Source: Felis catus (taxonomy: Eukaryota). From it: a stretch of 64,000 nucleotides of DNA. Position 1 is the first letter of the stretch. The number at the start of each line of letters is the position of its first letter. The notes under the pieces were generated by a model. It was not told the origin of the DNA. It did no database searches and saw nothing but the letters and a program-made list of their open reading frames with translations. The stretch covers positions 16,618,001 to 16,682,000 of the forward strand of contig NC_058368.1 of the NCBI RefSeq assembly GCF_018350175.1. The letters are read 5' to 3'. This document shows positions 1-11,219 of the stretch, one piece after another. A program made the position numbers and the translations under genes.

Positions 1-235
1 TTGCTAAGTTCCTCCTCATCCACCATACCTAGTTCATATTATCTATGGTGATTATGTGGTTATCTATTGTGATTGCTCTTTTCCTGGAGCAAGTCCTTTC
101 TCTGAATCCTTTTAGGCAGTTAGGGGAAAGGTCAAAACTTTTTCCTGAGTCTTTGAAGCCTTGATTATTTTTAGCTTAAAATAATCTGCATGCCAACATG
201 GCATATCTTGGGTGGCCTACCATTGGCTCCTAACC
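1..235 (-). mobile_element. Old ERV1 (MER4-group-like) LTR fragment, truncated by window start
   Basis: Motif 'aaaataatctgcatgccaacatggcatatcttgggtggcc' resembles the recalled reverse-strand terminus of MER4-group LTRs; subfamily not resolved. Confidence 0.5.
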
Positions 236-460
236 TGCAAACTAACCAGTTCACAGTCTAAGCCATACCTACTTCAAGTCCACTAATCTCCTCCTTGTCT
301 TCCATCATAATCTGCACAACTTTTGATAATATTCGTAGGTTTAAACTTTGCATACCCTGCTACAAATAAAGTTATTTCCTTTGAGAACAGATTAGGAGCT
401 ATTGGTTTTACGGCCTGCTTCTCCAAGGCAAAAGTCCTAAGCAGGGCTCTGGAGTTGGGT

Positions 461-481
461 GGGGGGGGGGGGGGGGGGGGG
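461..481 (+). repeat. Poly-G run (G21)
   Basis: 21 consecutive G preceded by gggt. Confidence 0.95.
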
Positions 482-893
482 ACAATGGCAAGCTTCTTTC
501 TGAGTGACACCTCTACTCTGGGAGCTCAGTGTAGGGATGGGCAGCAGCCAGATGTCTTGTGGGTCGTCTCTGCTGGTGTCAAACCATCACAAGCCAGGAC
601 GTCGGTAATTGGAGCCCAGCATTCTCAGTATGCTGTAATCAAGGCAGAGCCTCCCTTTCACGAGTGTGGGCTGTGTGGAAGAGGAGAGCCCCCATCTTGG
701 GCTGCACTAGCCAGGGCAATGGATGGCTAGGGGCAAGATGAAGATCCACCGGTCTCCTCCTCCCCAGAAGGTAACTGTCAGAATGGGAGATGGGGGAGGG
801 GCAGGACAAGAGCCGGGTTCTTGGCATGGGGGTGGAGTCTCTGCCTTGTTGAGCCGGGAGGGGGAAGGAGGATCTTGGTTCAAATACCAAACT

Positions 894-1103
894 TTTTTTT
901 TCTTAAGTTTATTTATTTATTTTGAGAGAGAGCTGGAGCATGTGAGGGAAGGAACAGAGGAGGGGTAGAGGGAGAGGGAGAAAGAGAGAATCCCAATCCC
1001 AACCACAAAGGGCTATATCCCAGATCTTAGGAACCTGTGAGATTTTGACTTGAGGAGAAACCAAGAGTCAGACGTGTACCCCAATGAGCCACCCAGGTGC
1101 CCC
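894..1103 (-). mobile_element. CAN-SINE, older diverged copy
   Basis: Poly-T tail, (GA)n tract, ends 'gagccacccaggtgcccc'; TSD-like caaataccaaact / caaatagcagact. Confidence 0.9.
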
Positions 1104-1617
1104 CAAATAGCAGACTCCTGCTTTTCTTACACACTCTTAGGTTATCTTGAATAGAGTTTTCTTCATTTCTTGTCTGTCCTTAGAACAAACCTTTTCAGAG
1201 TCTTCAAGTGGTTGTTCTTAAAATAATCTTCATCAATTTCCCTGGGGAGCAAGTCGATGGGAGTTCCTCACATTTCAGCACTCACTATCTTGCTATAAAA
1301 CTCATCACCAATGCATTAATTCTTACAACTGTATGTGAATCCACAAGTATCTCAAAATAAAGGCTTATTTAAAAAAATCAAAGGATAACATACAAGCAGT
1401 TATGCAGTATAATTATCCAGTCCATTTCTCTGTTTCTAAGAAAGCTTTAAGTAGACAAGCAAACTAATTTTCCCCTTCTAGAGTCTCAGAAAAGAAAAAA
1501 AAATCTCTCCATTTTTTGCAATATGTTTATATACTGCAAATAGCTATCTGGTAGGATGAATAGAGTTGGTATCATAGTTTATTGATGATGGGCTAGAGGA
1601 GAGAGTTAAAATATATA

Positions 1618-1937
1618 TTTGCTGACCCTTGAACAATACAAGGGTTGTAGACAATGACACCTGCTGTCCAAACTCCATGTGTAACTTTAGACTGTCCCCA
1701 AATTAACTGTATAATAGCCTGCTGTTGACCAGAAGACTTACTGATAATGTAAAAAGTCAATTAACATATTTTGTATATGTGCTATATACTATATATTTAC
1801 AATGCAGTGAACTAAAGAAAATGTTAAGAAAATCGTAAAGAGAAAATATAGTACTAAACCATATTTATCGAAAAAAATCCGTGTATAAGTGAATAAACCC
1901 ACACTGTTCAAACCCATGTAGTTCAAGGTCAAGTGTA
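1618..1937. mobile_element. Tigger2a/MER28-like non-autonomous TcMar-Tigger DNA transposon
   Basis: Degenerate TIRs 'gctgacccttgaacaa' and 'gttcaaggtcaagtg' followed by TA; internal 'taatagcctgctgttgaccagaag' typical of this family. Confidence 0.85.
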
Positions 1938-2277
1938 TTCACTGAACACCCAGAAATTAGAATTCTCATCAATTGTTTGTCAAGTGAATTACTAAATGTC
2001 CAACTAAAGAACAGAATAAGTCAGGTTAGTAGTGATGATGTTGCTTCTCGGTTTTTCTTCACTGCCACTTCTTATTCCTCCTAATCGTTCACACTGCCCC
2101 ATTTAAAATTTATTTAAAATGTCACCAGCAGGGCATTGTGCCACGGTCACAGGCACATTCAGTAGGGACACTGCTGAAAAGGTTATCATGGTCTGGCAAT
2201 AGTACAAGTGCTATTTTGTAGATTTTTATTCAGTGCCTCTGTGTGCCTATGACAATCTGTTTTTCAAGGACTCTTAT

Positions 2278-2288
2278 TTCTTTTCTTT

Positions 2289-2329
<41 letters not shown>

Positions 2330-2352
2330 TTTCTTCTTTCTTCTTTCTTTTT
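2278..2352 (+). repeat. (CTTT)n microsatellite
   Basis: Tandem ttct/cttt units. Confidence 0.95.
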
Positions 2353-2524
2353 GTCTTTTGGTCAGAGAGTTGAAGGCTTAGAAAGGTGAAGAAAAGTGCA
2401 AAGTGGCACCTCAGACCCTGTGAGTGCAGCCTGGCACCTGGAGCAAGCAGGAGGAGCCCAGCTGTGGTCTGGACAGGAGCCTCTGGGACTTGCTAACTGT
2501 TGCCTAATCAAAATGTAGAAGCCT

Positions 2525-2771
2525 GGGGTGCCTGGGTGGCTCCGTCCCTTAAGCATTGGCTCAGGTCATGATCTCTGAGTTTGTGGGTTTGACCCCCCCC
2601 GCCCCCCCCCCCCTCCGCCCTGCATCGGGTTCTGTGCTGACAGCTCAGAGCCTGGAGCCTGCTTCGGATTCTGTGTCTCTCCCTCTCTGCCCCTTCCCCA
2701 TTTGCACTCTATCTCTGTCTCCATCTCTCTCAAAAATAAATACACATTAAAAAAATTTAAAAATAAAAAAA
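2525..2771 (+). mobile_element. CAN-SINE with internal poly-C expansion
   Basis: ggggtgcctgggtggctc head, (CT)n tract, A tail; TSD aaaatgtagaagcct / aaaatgtaaaagcct; C-runs at about 2593-2620. Confidence 0.93.
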
Positions 2772-4099
2772 AAAATGTAAAAGCCTCTGCAAGGCCTCTT
2801 GTCTTTAATTTTTTTTTTTTTCCTTTTGGGCCAGACCGAATTTACCTGTTGAAATAAAATATCAGCAGGCTTAGAAATTACACCACATCTCACGTGTGGA
2901 TGGCATGGGGAGAAGGCAAACTGAATCAAAAAGGGCTAAGTCATTTCTAACCCAGAAGAGAAAGCTGGTTTGGAAATGCAGACCACCAACACCGAATAAT
3001 TTCATCTCACTATAAATAGCACATTAGCTGAGAAGGCAAATCAGCCAGGCAATGACTGAAAAATGTTTTCAGAGTGCTTGTTTTACCTGTTTTTTGGAAA
3101 TATGTCCTTTGCGGTGAACTAAATGAATTACTGGTGGCATAAAGAGATTCCTTGGTCATTATATTTGTTTGGTAAAGAAGATCAAGTTGTAAATGTAGAT
3201 AAAAACACATTTTTTTCTTTGTCCTGGGACTCAAATGAACTCCATTGCATATCTACACCAAACAACGTAAGTAATCCTCACATCTGATTTTATTCTCCAT
3301 AGAGAATAAAGCCTAAATAAATAGCAATAGTTTCAACCAAAACAGTAACACTCCTCTTATCTAGAAGAATTGTATTAAAAACATTGCCTATTTTAAAATT
3401 GGCTAGTAGAAAGAAAGAAAAAAATGAATACTTTAATTTATGCATGGGGAAACCGTCAGGTTTTCATTCACAGTTTTCTGAACTATAGATTTAATATAAA
3501 AGATTTAGAACAGTATTCTCTCCCACAGCTGCTTAGGAGTCAATGGAAATCAGAATACCATTGGGGCAAATATACTGAGAGCAGCAGTGACAGCCAACAG
3601 GCCAGGCTTTTGTCTTACATAACATTTGATTACATTAAACTTCTTTTAACTACTGATTAAATATGTGTCCTCCCTGACAGCCTCCAAGATCACAAGACAG
3701 GGATCCAATCACATTCACTGATGAATCCACGGTTTTAAAAACACTGCCCAAAACATGTTAGCATTTGAAGATTTTTCCAATGAAGGAAACAACATTTGGA
3801 GGGTAAAGACACAGACTGTCATCTTTCCCTTCGTTTTCTAGAGTCGACAACATCATGCAAAGACGTGCTGGAGTCCACACGGGGCAGAGTACCAGCTTTG
3901 CAACTTGGAGGCCAGTTATAAACCCAGTGTCGTGGTCATCAGAGCTACTCACAAATATTCCGCTTCTTCTCCAGGCGGGGAATATGGGAAGCTTGCACTT
4001 TCTCACTTCCTTTCCAGATATGATGGTTTTCACTAATGAAATGTGAACGGAAGTATCATGCCACACTCCTGAGCGCCTGTGCACAATTCTTCACGTTAC

Positions 4100-4164
4100 C
4101 TGCCATAGGTATCCCGGAAGCCTGCATCCAGTTCGAGCCTCCATCGGCCAAGGTCCCTGAGCGA
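4100..4164 (-). other. Candidate 65-nt spliced exon (possible ATG at 4144 giving MEARTGCRLPGYLWQ, then a phase-0 donor)
   Basis: Minus strand: acceptor ctctccccttcctag|TCGC, donor CAG|gtaacg, Kozak-like gccgATGG, locally raised GC/CpG in unique DNA; alternative donor TTT|gtgagt after 3953. No protein recognised. Confidence 0.35.
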
Positions 4165-4659
4165 CTAGGAAGGGGAGAGCTTCTCAACCCCAGGAAACGT
4201 AAATACTTTTAAAAGTTACTGCCTGCTTTCAACTGTACAGTCGAAAACACAATCACTTCCTCTGCATTTTTCTCAACATTAAAAATTAATGGGAAATCAG
4301 TTAAAACAATACAGAAAAGCCAATAAGTAGCATGCTGAATGTGTAAGACAAGGTCTGTCTGCAAAATTTCTCTGGACAACAGCCAGAGTGCTTATTTGGC
4401 ACTGTGGACGACGGGCTAGACTGTCAAAAAGAAACACTGACTTTCTGCAACTAGATCCATTTACTGTCCAGTTTCACACCTTGCCTTACATTTTCTTACA
4501 AGTATTGTCACAAACCTTAAACTTCAGTGTATTAGTGAAGTTCCTAGGGACTCTCTATAGCTAATAAACATAAAAAATACTTTATATATGAAACATTCAA
4601 GAATAAAAAATGCCCGTAACATAACAACATAAGATATCCTTTTAAAATAAGACAAACTA

Positions 4660-4783
4660 GGGGTGCCTGGGTGGCTTAGTCAGTTGAGTGTCTGTTGATT
4701 TCCGCTCAGGTCATGATCTCATGGTTTGTGGGTTCGAATCCCATGTTGGTCTCTGTGCTGGAAGTGCAGAGCCTGCTGGGGAT

Positions 4784-4814
<31 letters not shown>

Positions 4815-4869
4815 GCTCCTCACTGCTTGCTCCCTCTCTCTCTCAAAAATAAATAAACATTTAAAAATA
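4660..4869 (+). mobile_element. CAN-SINE
   Basis: Head with A/B boxes, (CT)n, aataaa tail; TSD-like taaaataagacaaacta / taaaataagatgaagta. Confidence 0.93.
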
Positions 4870-4967
4870 TAAAATAAGATGAAGTATAGGATTTAATATT
4901 CTTATTTATCCCCAGAATATTCTGCAAAGCTGAAAGACACAGATGAGTATAAATGTAATTACCAATT

Positions 4968-5429
4968 GGGCGTCTGGGTGGCTCAGTCGGTTGAGCGTCC
5001 AACTTCGGCTCAGGTCATGGTCTTGCAGTTTGTGAGTTCAAGCCCTGCGTCGGGCTCTGTGCTAACAGCTCAGAGCCTAGAGCCTGCTTTGGATTCTGTG
5101 TCTCCCTCTCTCTCTCTCTCCCCCTCCCCTGTTCATACTGTCTCTCTCTGTCTCTCAAAATAAATAAATGTTTTGGGGCGCCTGGGTGGCGCAGTCGGTT
5201 TGGCGTCCGACTTCAGCCAGGTCACGATCTCGCGGTCCGTGAGTTCGAGCCCCGCGTCGGGCTCTGGGCTGATGGCTCAGAGCCTGGAGCCTGTTTCCGA
5301 TTCTGTGTCTCCCTCTCTCTCTGCCCCTCCCCCGTTCATGCTCTGTCTCTCTCTGTCTCAAAAATCAATAAACGTTAAAAAAAAAAAAGAATGTATTTAA
5401 AATAAATAAATGTTTTAAAAAATTGTTTT
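4968..5429 (+). mobile_element. CAN-SINE (felid type), tail interrupted by a younger SINE
   Basis: Perfect TSD aatgtaattaccaatt at 4952-4967 and 5430-5445. Confidence 0.93.
5175..5398 (+). mobile_element. Young SINEC_Fc-type CAN-SINE, nested
   Basis: CpG-intact body with 'gggctgatggctcagagcctggagcctg'; TSD aaaataaataaatgtttt at 5157-5174 and 5399-5416. Confidence 0.95.
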
Positions 5430-5933
5430 AATGTAATTACCAATTAAAAACCTATTTAAAAATACCTACAGTAGTAAAACAATAATTTAAAGACTTTTTC
5501 TTCAACATGAATAATCCAATTCTTAATACCTGATTCATTTGTATGTTTCAATAACAGTGAGAAAAATGATTAGATTTAGGTTCTTTACGTACAGGTGATT
5601 TGGAAGAAATACATCTAGTCACTTTTTTCTACTTTTTCTCTTTTTTTCTACCCTAAATTCCCAAGAGCTGTAATATCCATATACTCAGTAACAATCATTA
5701 CAATAGCAACAATACACATATCCCTTCAAACACATGACATCAGGAATGGTAACAGCTCACATTTATTTTGAACTTGAGTTGCATCAACTTATGTTCCATA
5801 ACAACCTGCTGAGGTAAGATCTATTGTTATTTGTTTTTTAAATAAGAGACTGGGTCACAAAGAGTGTCTTGAATGAAGACCTTGGAGCACTATGGATTTT
5901 CTCTGTCCCTTTGACTTTCCCTCACACTTTAGA

Positions 5934-6087
5934 CTTTCCTTTCCTTTCCTTTCCTTTCCTTTCCTTTCCTTTCCTTTCCTTTCCTCTTTCCTTTCCTTTC
6001 CCCTTTCCTTTCCTTTCCTTTCCTTTCCTTTCCTTTCCTTTCCTTTCCTTTCCTTTCCTTTCCTTCTTTCCTTTCCTTTCCTTTCCT
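5934..6087 (+). repeat. (TTTCC)n pentanucleotide microsatellite
   Basis: About 150 bp pure pyrimidine tract of tttcc units with few variants. Confidence 0.97.
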
Positions 6088-6139
6088 GCTATGCCAGCTC
6101 CTGATCATCTGCTCCCACACAAAACAACAATGAAATAAA

Positions 6140-6530
6140 GAGCCTAGAGTCTGGGGTCAGCACCCCTGCATCACATTCTGCCAGGATCAGCTATCCTTAT
6201 TCTAAAATGGGAAACAAATTGGGGCATCTGGGTGGCCCCGTCAGTTAGGCCTCTGACTCTTGATTTCAGCTCAGGTCATGGTCTCACGGTTCATGAGCCC
6301 GAGACCCACGTGGGGCTCTGCGTCAGGCTCTGTGCTGATAGTGCAGAGCCTGCCTGGGATTCTCTCTCTCGCTCTCCCTCTCTCTCAAAATACATAAGTA
6401 AACTTAAAAAAAATTAAAATGGGAAACAAATAGGGCCTTTGTGAGAATTAAATGAGATAATATAGGCTAAGCACTTAGCTCCATGATTGCCACATAGCAA
6501 TTTCTCAAGAAATTGTATCAATTATTATAA
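6140..6530 (+). mobile_element. MIR fragment split by a CAN-SINE
   Basis: Core motifs 'tctaaaatggg' and 'gtgagaattaaatgagataatatagg...aagcacttag'. Confidence 0.7.
6221..6414 (+). mobile_element. CAN-SINE
   Basis: TSD taaaatgggaaacaaat on both sides; standard head and tail. Confidence 0.93.
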
Positions 6531-6849
6531 ATTCATGCTTCTCAGCCACGAAGAATATTTAGAATATGATGAAGCCATGCTTATTGTTCCTATAGAAACC
6601 ATTGCTATGTAATTACAACGAACTGCATTTCTGTGCACTTGTTCTTTGTACTTCTGTGTACTTTGTACTTCTGTGTACTATTTAAGTGATTTACCAAAGC
6701 AGTGGTTCAAACGGTTTTCATACTGAAGGCTACGCTAGACCCACTCATATTTTACCACAAAGGTCTAAAGTCACAGAGTGTGCATTCCTTCATCCACGAT
6801 GCATAAATTAGTTCAGTTCACTACAAGTTGACTTTGTTGTCAGGTTGAG

Positions 6850-7056
6850 GGGCCCTGCTGTTGGAGGCAGATCCCTCAGTTCTAATCGCAGCCCTGCCAC
6901 CGTCTGTACCTTGGTCTTCTCATTTCTAAAATGAAGATACCCGAAATTCCCAATTCGTAGGCTTATTTTGAGGCCTGAGCCAAGCATTACTATGTAAAAA
7001 GGGTTTCAAATAGTACCTGACAAATAGTAACTTTCAGATATGATTTGCTATTATTA
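6850..7056 (+). mobile_element. MIR fragment
   Basis: 'ttctcatttctaaaatgaagata...aatagtacctgacaaatagtaa...tgctattatta' resembles MIR core and tail. Confidence 0.6.
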
Positions 7057-7949
7057 GTCTGTCTATATGTATTAGATATCGACTGTGAGCTAATATGCTA
7101 GACCTCAGATTCAAAGAAAAAAATGTTGTAATCTATATATAACATTTAATTCTCAAAGAATTTAGGGGAGTTAAATATGCTAATATAAAACCAGAAAACC
7201 AGGTGGTAAGTATAATAGAAGAAGATGTGAAATATCAAAAGGAGGCAGAATAGTGCACTGCAGTGATAGAATAGTTAGGAAAAACATTAATATTATTTCT
7301 ATTTTTTGCAGAGGGAAATGACAACTTAGGAAGGTGGCGTGGTCACTCAGCTATGGAGTGATAGAGGAGACACCTGAATCTAAACTTCTAGCTGTGGACC
7401 CTAGTGCCTCCATTATATTATATGTATCTAGTTACTGTTCTCCATTTCTCCTTTCTCACTCATAAATTTTTCTGTCTGACAAGTCAGGAAAAAAAAATAT
7501 TGGAAGAGAATCTTCTCATCTGGCCACCAAAGGAGCCAGTCTATCTATGTTTGCAATCATACATTCTAGCAACAATTCATACTCCTAAGGAAGACCAGCT
7601 CCTCAACTTGGGCATTTGACCATGTTTTAACTATCCAAGTATTTTGCTCCTAAAATTCTTTCCTTACCCCCTATTCTTCTTCTTCTTCTTCTTTTTTTTG
7701 GATTGTTCCTGTTTTCATACTAATATGTCATAAATCACATCCCCTCCAGATTCTGTCCCATTTTATACCAAAATTTCTTGAAATAGTTTATAATCACTCT
7801 GTCCATTTCCTCACCTACCATTCTCTCTTGAACCCATTTAAAAATACACCATTTTCTCACTACTCCAATGAAACCGCTTGTTAATGTCACTTATGAACTC
7901 CGTATGGCCAAATCCAATAGTTATATTTCAATCTTTAGCTTGTGCACCT

Positions 7950-8400
7950 GAGTTGAATAAATCCATAGATGAATAAAAAGTCAAAAGCCCTAAAGGCTAC
8001 CAGAGGAAACTATTGATCATAGAAACCTTGGTTTATGAAACTTTATGACCAAGAAGAACACCATCTTGATGAGTCTTAGTACATCTTTAAAGGGGAATGT
8101 AGAAAGGGGTATTCTTAGGGTTTGGGGATTGGGGTTAGTCACAGGGTCTTTATAGCGTGGAAATTGGTAAGTGTGGTGTAGGTTTGGGAGGTCAGAGCCA
8201 GCTGAGTTGCAGGGAGGTGGGCAGAAAGAAGGGAAAGACAGTGGTCTTATCTTGGTAACACAGGGGTCCATTCAGAGTTTATCTCTGGTCTTTAGAAAAC
8301 ACGAATCTCAAAGAATAGCTGTTAAAATTTCTGAGGTTAGATGGTTTTGTAGCATGTTATATTTTGGTACAGGTTATCTGTTTTGAGAATCATAGTATGC
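7950..8400. mobile_element. Probable old ERV LTR fragment
   Basis: G/T-skewed block with 'ggggattggggttag' and 'ggtcttatcttgg' like antisense LTR sequence; family uncertain. Confidence 0.3.
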
Positions 8401-9358
8401 TTTATTTTGCAATTTGGTGCTTCTATTTAATTTCTCAAAAGGATTCTTAGCTCTTTCCTGCACAAGAGACCTGGAACAGTTGTTCTGGCTACGCAAGTAC
8501 TTAGCCCCTTAAGAATGTTTCGATTCTCATCCGACACTTAAACTCACGTTACCATCATGCCAATCTATGTATTTCTCCTTCTAAGAATCAATATTTTTAG
8601 GTGTATTTTCAAGCATACATCCATATGGCTTTATAATGTGCATCTTCACTTATATAAATAACATCTTATCTGAAGTAGAGACATTGCCATGCCCTGAGTT
8701 AACAATTGTAACTTTAACCATTGCAAGCTTCCTCTTGCCTCAGCCTCCTGGAACATTCCTAAAATCCTGAAAGTAACAAAAAGATCGCTGAGAGTGGAAG
8801 CAAAGTTAATAATGTTCTTTAGTTTGTATAATTTAGCCTATGGGAAAGCCTTTGGCCAATTGGTGATTATATCACCTCAGTTATCTTATTTTCTGTCCCA
8901 AAGAAGGATAGAAACTAAAGACTAGAAATGATGGTAGGTACTATTAGGTGCTGGTACTCTGTCAACAATGTGCAGTGATTACCGAATATCTATAGCAGAG
9001 AAAGAGAGAAGAAAGAAAAAGACTGAAAGACTAACAAAAATACATTTGCCTTTTTAATATGCATTGCATATTTTATGACTCCTAAGAAGGCTGCATGCAA
9101 GATAATTCAATATTTTCCTGATGGTTCAGAGTTATCATTATTATCAACTATTTTACTTGTAAATACACAAACGCCCCCAAATCTGGCTGAAAGTGTTTTA
9201 TTTTACCTCAAATAAATACCTTCTAAAGGTCTCTCTGTACTATGAGGTAGTAGAATAACAAACAAAACTCATAGAAATATGGAATTTATTTTAGAGAGAT
9301 TTTAATAAAAATAAATATAATTTCAAAACAAATATCCGGGCTTTAAAAATTATACATT

Positions 9359-9487
9359 GGGGTGCCTAGGTGGCTCAGTCAGTTAAGCGTTTGACTCTTG
9401 ATTTCAGCTCAGGTAATGATCTCACAATTCCCATAGGATTAAGTCCTGCATTGGGCTCCATGCTGACAGCAGGGAGCCTGCTAGGGA

Positions 9488-9538
<51 letters not shown>

Positions 9539-9597
9539 CCCCTCCCCCCTCAAAATAAAGTCAGCCCTCAACACAAGGGTTTGTAAGGAAAATAATC
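9359..9597 (+). mobile_element. CAN-SINE with about 38 nt of non-A sequence before the 3' TSD
   Basis: TSD aaaattatacattg at 9346-9359 and 9598-9611; long (CT)n. Confidence 0.9.
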
Positions 9598-11219
9598 AAA
9601 ATTATACATTGATAATATGGAAAATTTGCTTGGGATAAAGACTTCATTTGTCAGTGGTGCCCGAGAGCTGATTCTTTGCTCTGTCTGAGCGTTTGAATGC
9701 ATTCTGCAGAAAAAAACCAAGAACGGAGAATCAGGTTATCAGCATGTATTGTGATCTATCTTGGTCAAGAGCCAACAGGGCTGTTACCATCTTCCAGTAG
9801 TCTGAGCATCATTACACAGTTCCTACAAATAGATAGCTATTATTTTAATGCAATTCTAATTGCAGCACTTGCCATAATAAGCAAGGCAGGCTAAGAATAC
9901 TGTCAACAAAAGTGCTAATCAGATGATTACTATAACCACTGTACATTAAGAGTTTTAAAAGCTGTTGTGCAGCTTAACAAACGTGGCTGGCATAATCTTT
10001 TTTTGTCGGTGGCAAGTTGTATTCACGAAATAATGTGACGGGAAGAGCTACACACATCTTTGTGCTTTAACTTTTGCTACAGTGGTGCTTTGTTTAGTTT
10101 CTATATTTACGCAGGTGCTTCATGGTATCCTTCCTCTCTGTACCTGATGAAAATATCGATACTTTGAATTAAATAAGATTTCCCACTTTCTTTTTCAACA
10201 TTGCACAGGCATGCCTTGAGAACAACTGCCTGTGTTGTCTTTGTTCGTGTTATTTTATGACTTACAGTTATACGAATTTGGCCAACACAATATTGAATTC
10301 GTGTTTTTCTGTGGTAACTTTTCTACCTTGTCCATATGCCATGTTTTGATTCTTCATCTTTGTGGTTTATCAAGCTGTCATTATCTGTAGTTACAGGACA
10401 CTTTATTTTTATTTATTTATTTTTGTTTTTTAGGACACTTTATTTTTTATCATCTGAATATTCTCAAGTATTGGCCTGATCCCTTTTACTGGTATGCCTT
10501 CAGAAATACAAGTCTGGACAAAATAGCGCTAATTCAAAATTATAAACATCCTTGTGTTTACAATTAATAACTACATTAATAAAACATTAATAAACATTAA
10601 CTACAATCCATCCTTTAGAAGTAAATTAGGCACGTTAAGAGAAACATCAGTGAAATGAAAGAAATAACGTAGTCTTACGTTATATATTAAAGCAGTGCTT
10701 TATTTAAGAAACACTGGGACAGGAAAAAAAATTACATCTGTGAAAATGTGAGTTTACAGTTCTGTTTATACGCATTTATAAAACAGGCTATTTTGAAATC
10801 GGCTTTTTAAAAACTTTCTGGGCAAAATGAACAGTCATTCTGTGTACAGTCAATTGAACAGATCTGTGGCTTGTCCAACTCAGCATTTACGATGACAAAT
10901 CTAATGACCCTCCTTCAGGCACGGTTGTTAGACAAAGACTGCCGTATATTAAGTAAAATCTTACTGGGAAACCAGATTAGTGTCTGCAACTAGAGTTCAT
11001 CTAAATATCTCAGCGTACATCACAAATGTGAGAGACATTTTCTTTGAATGCACACGAGCTATAGAGATTCAGAAATCCTTCATGCAGCCCAACGTACACC
11101 CTGGGAAGTATGCCCAAACCTAAAAGACCTCAAGGAGTGAGAATGAAAATCAAAGAGCAGACCTAAAAGGATGTAGTAGACAGTGTCCTGCCTTGTTTTC
11201 TCTTCATAGAAATTCATGT

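Noticed and set aside
323..730. 135-aa ORF with poly-Gly
   Set aside because: The Gly run comes from the G21 homopolymer; flanks look like decayed repeat sequence; no recognisable domain
3758..4084. 108-aa minus-strand ORF
   Set aside because: Non-ATG start, no recognisable homology, and it runs through the candidate splice donor at 3953
5155..5400. SINE-derived ORFs (also 14108, 20361, 36289, 48395, 49453, 54485, 56158, 57734 and others)
   Set aside because: Near-identical peptides recur wherever a CAN-SINE lies; these are repeat translations, not genes
5869..6138. Low-complexity ORFs (FPFLS/KGKER; also 17829, 27326, 30344, 53059-53570)
   Set aside because: Translations of microsatellites and pyrimidine tracts
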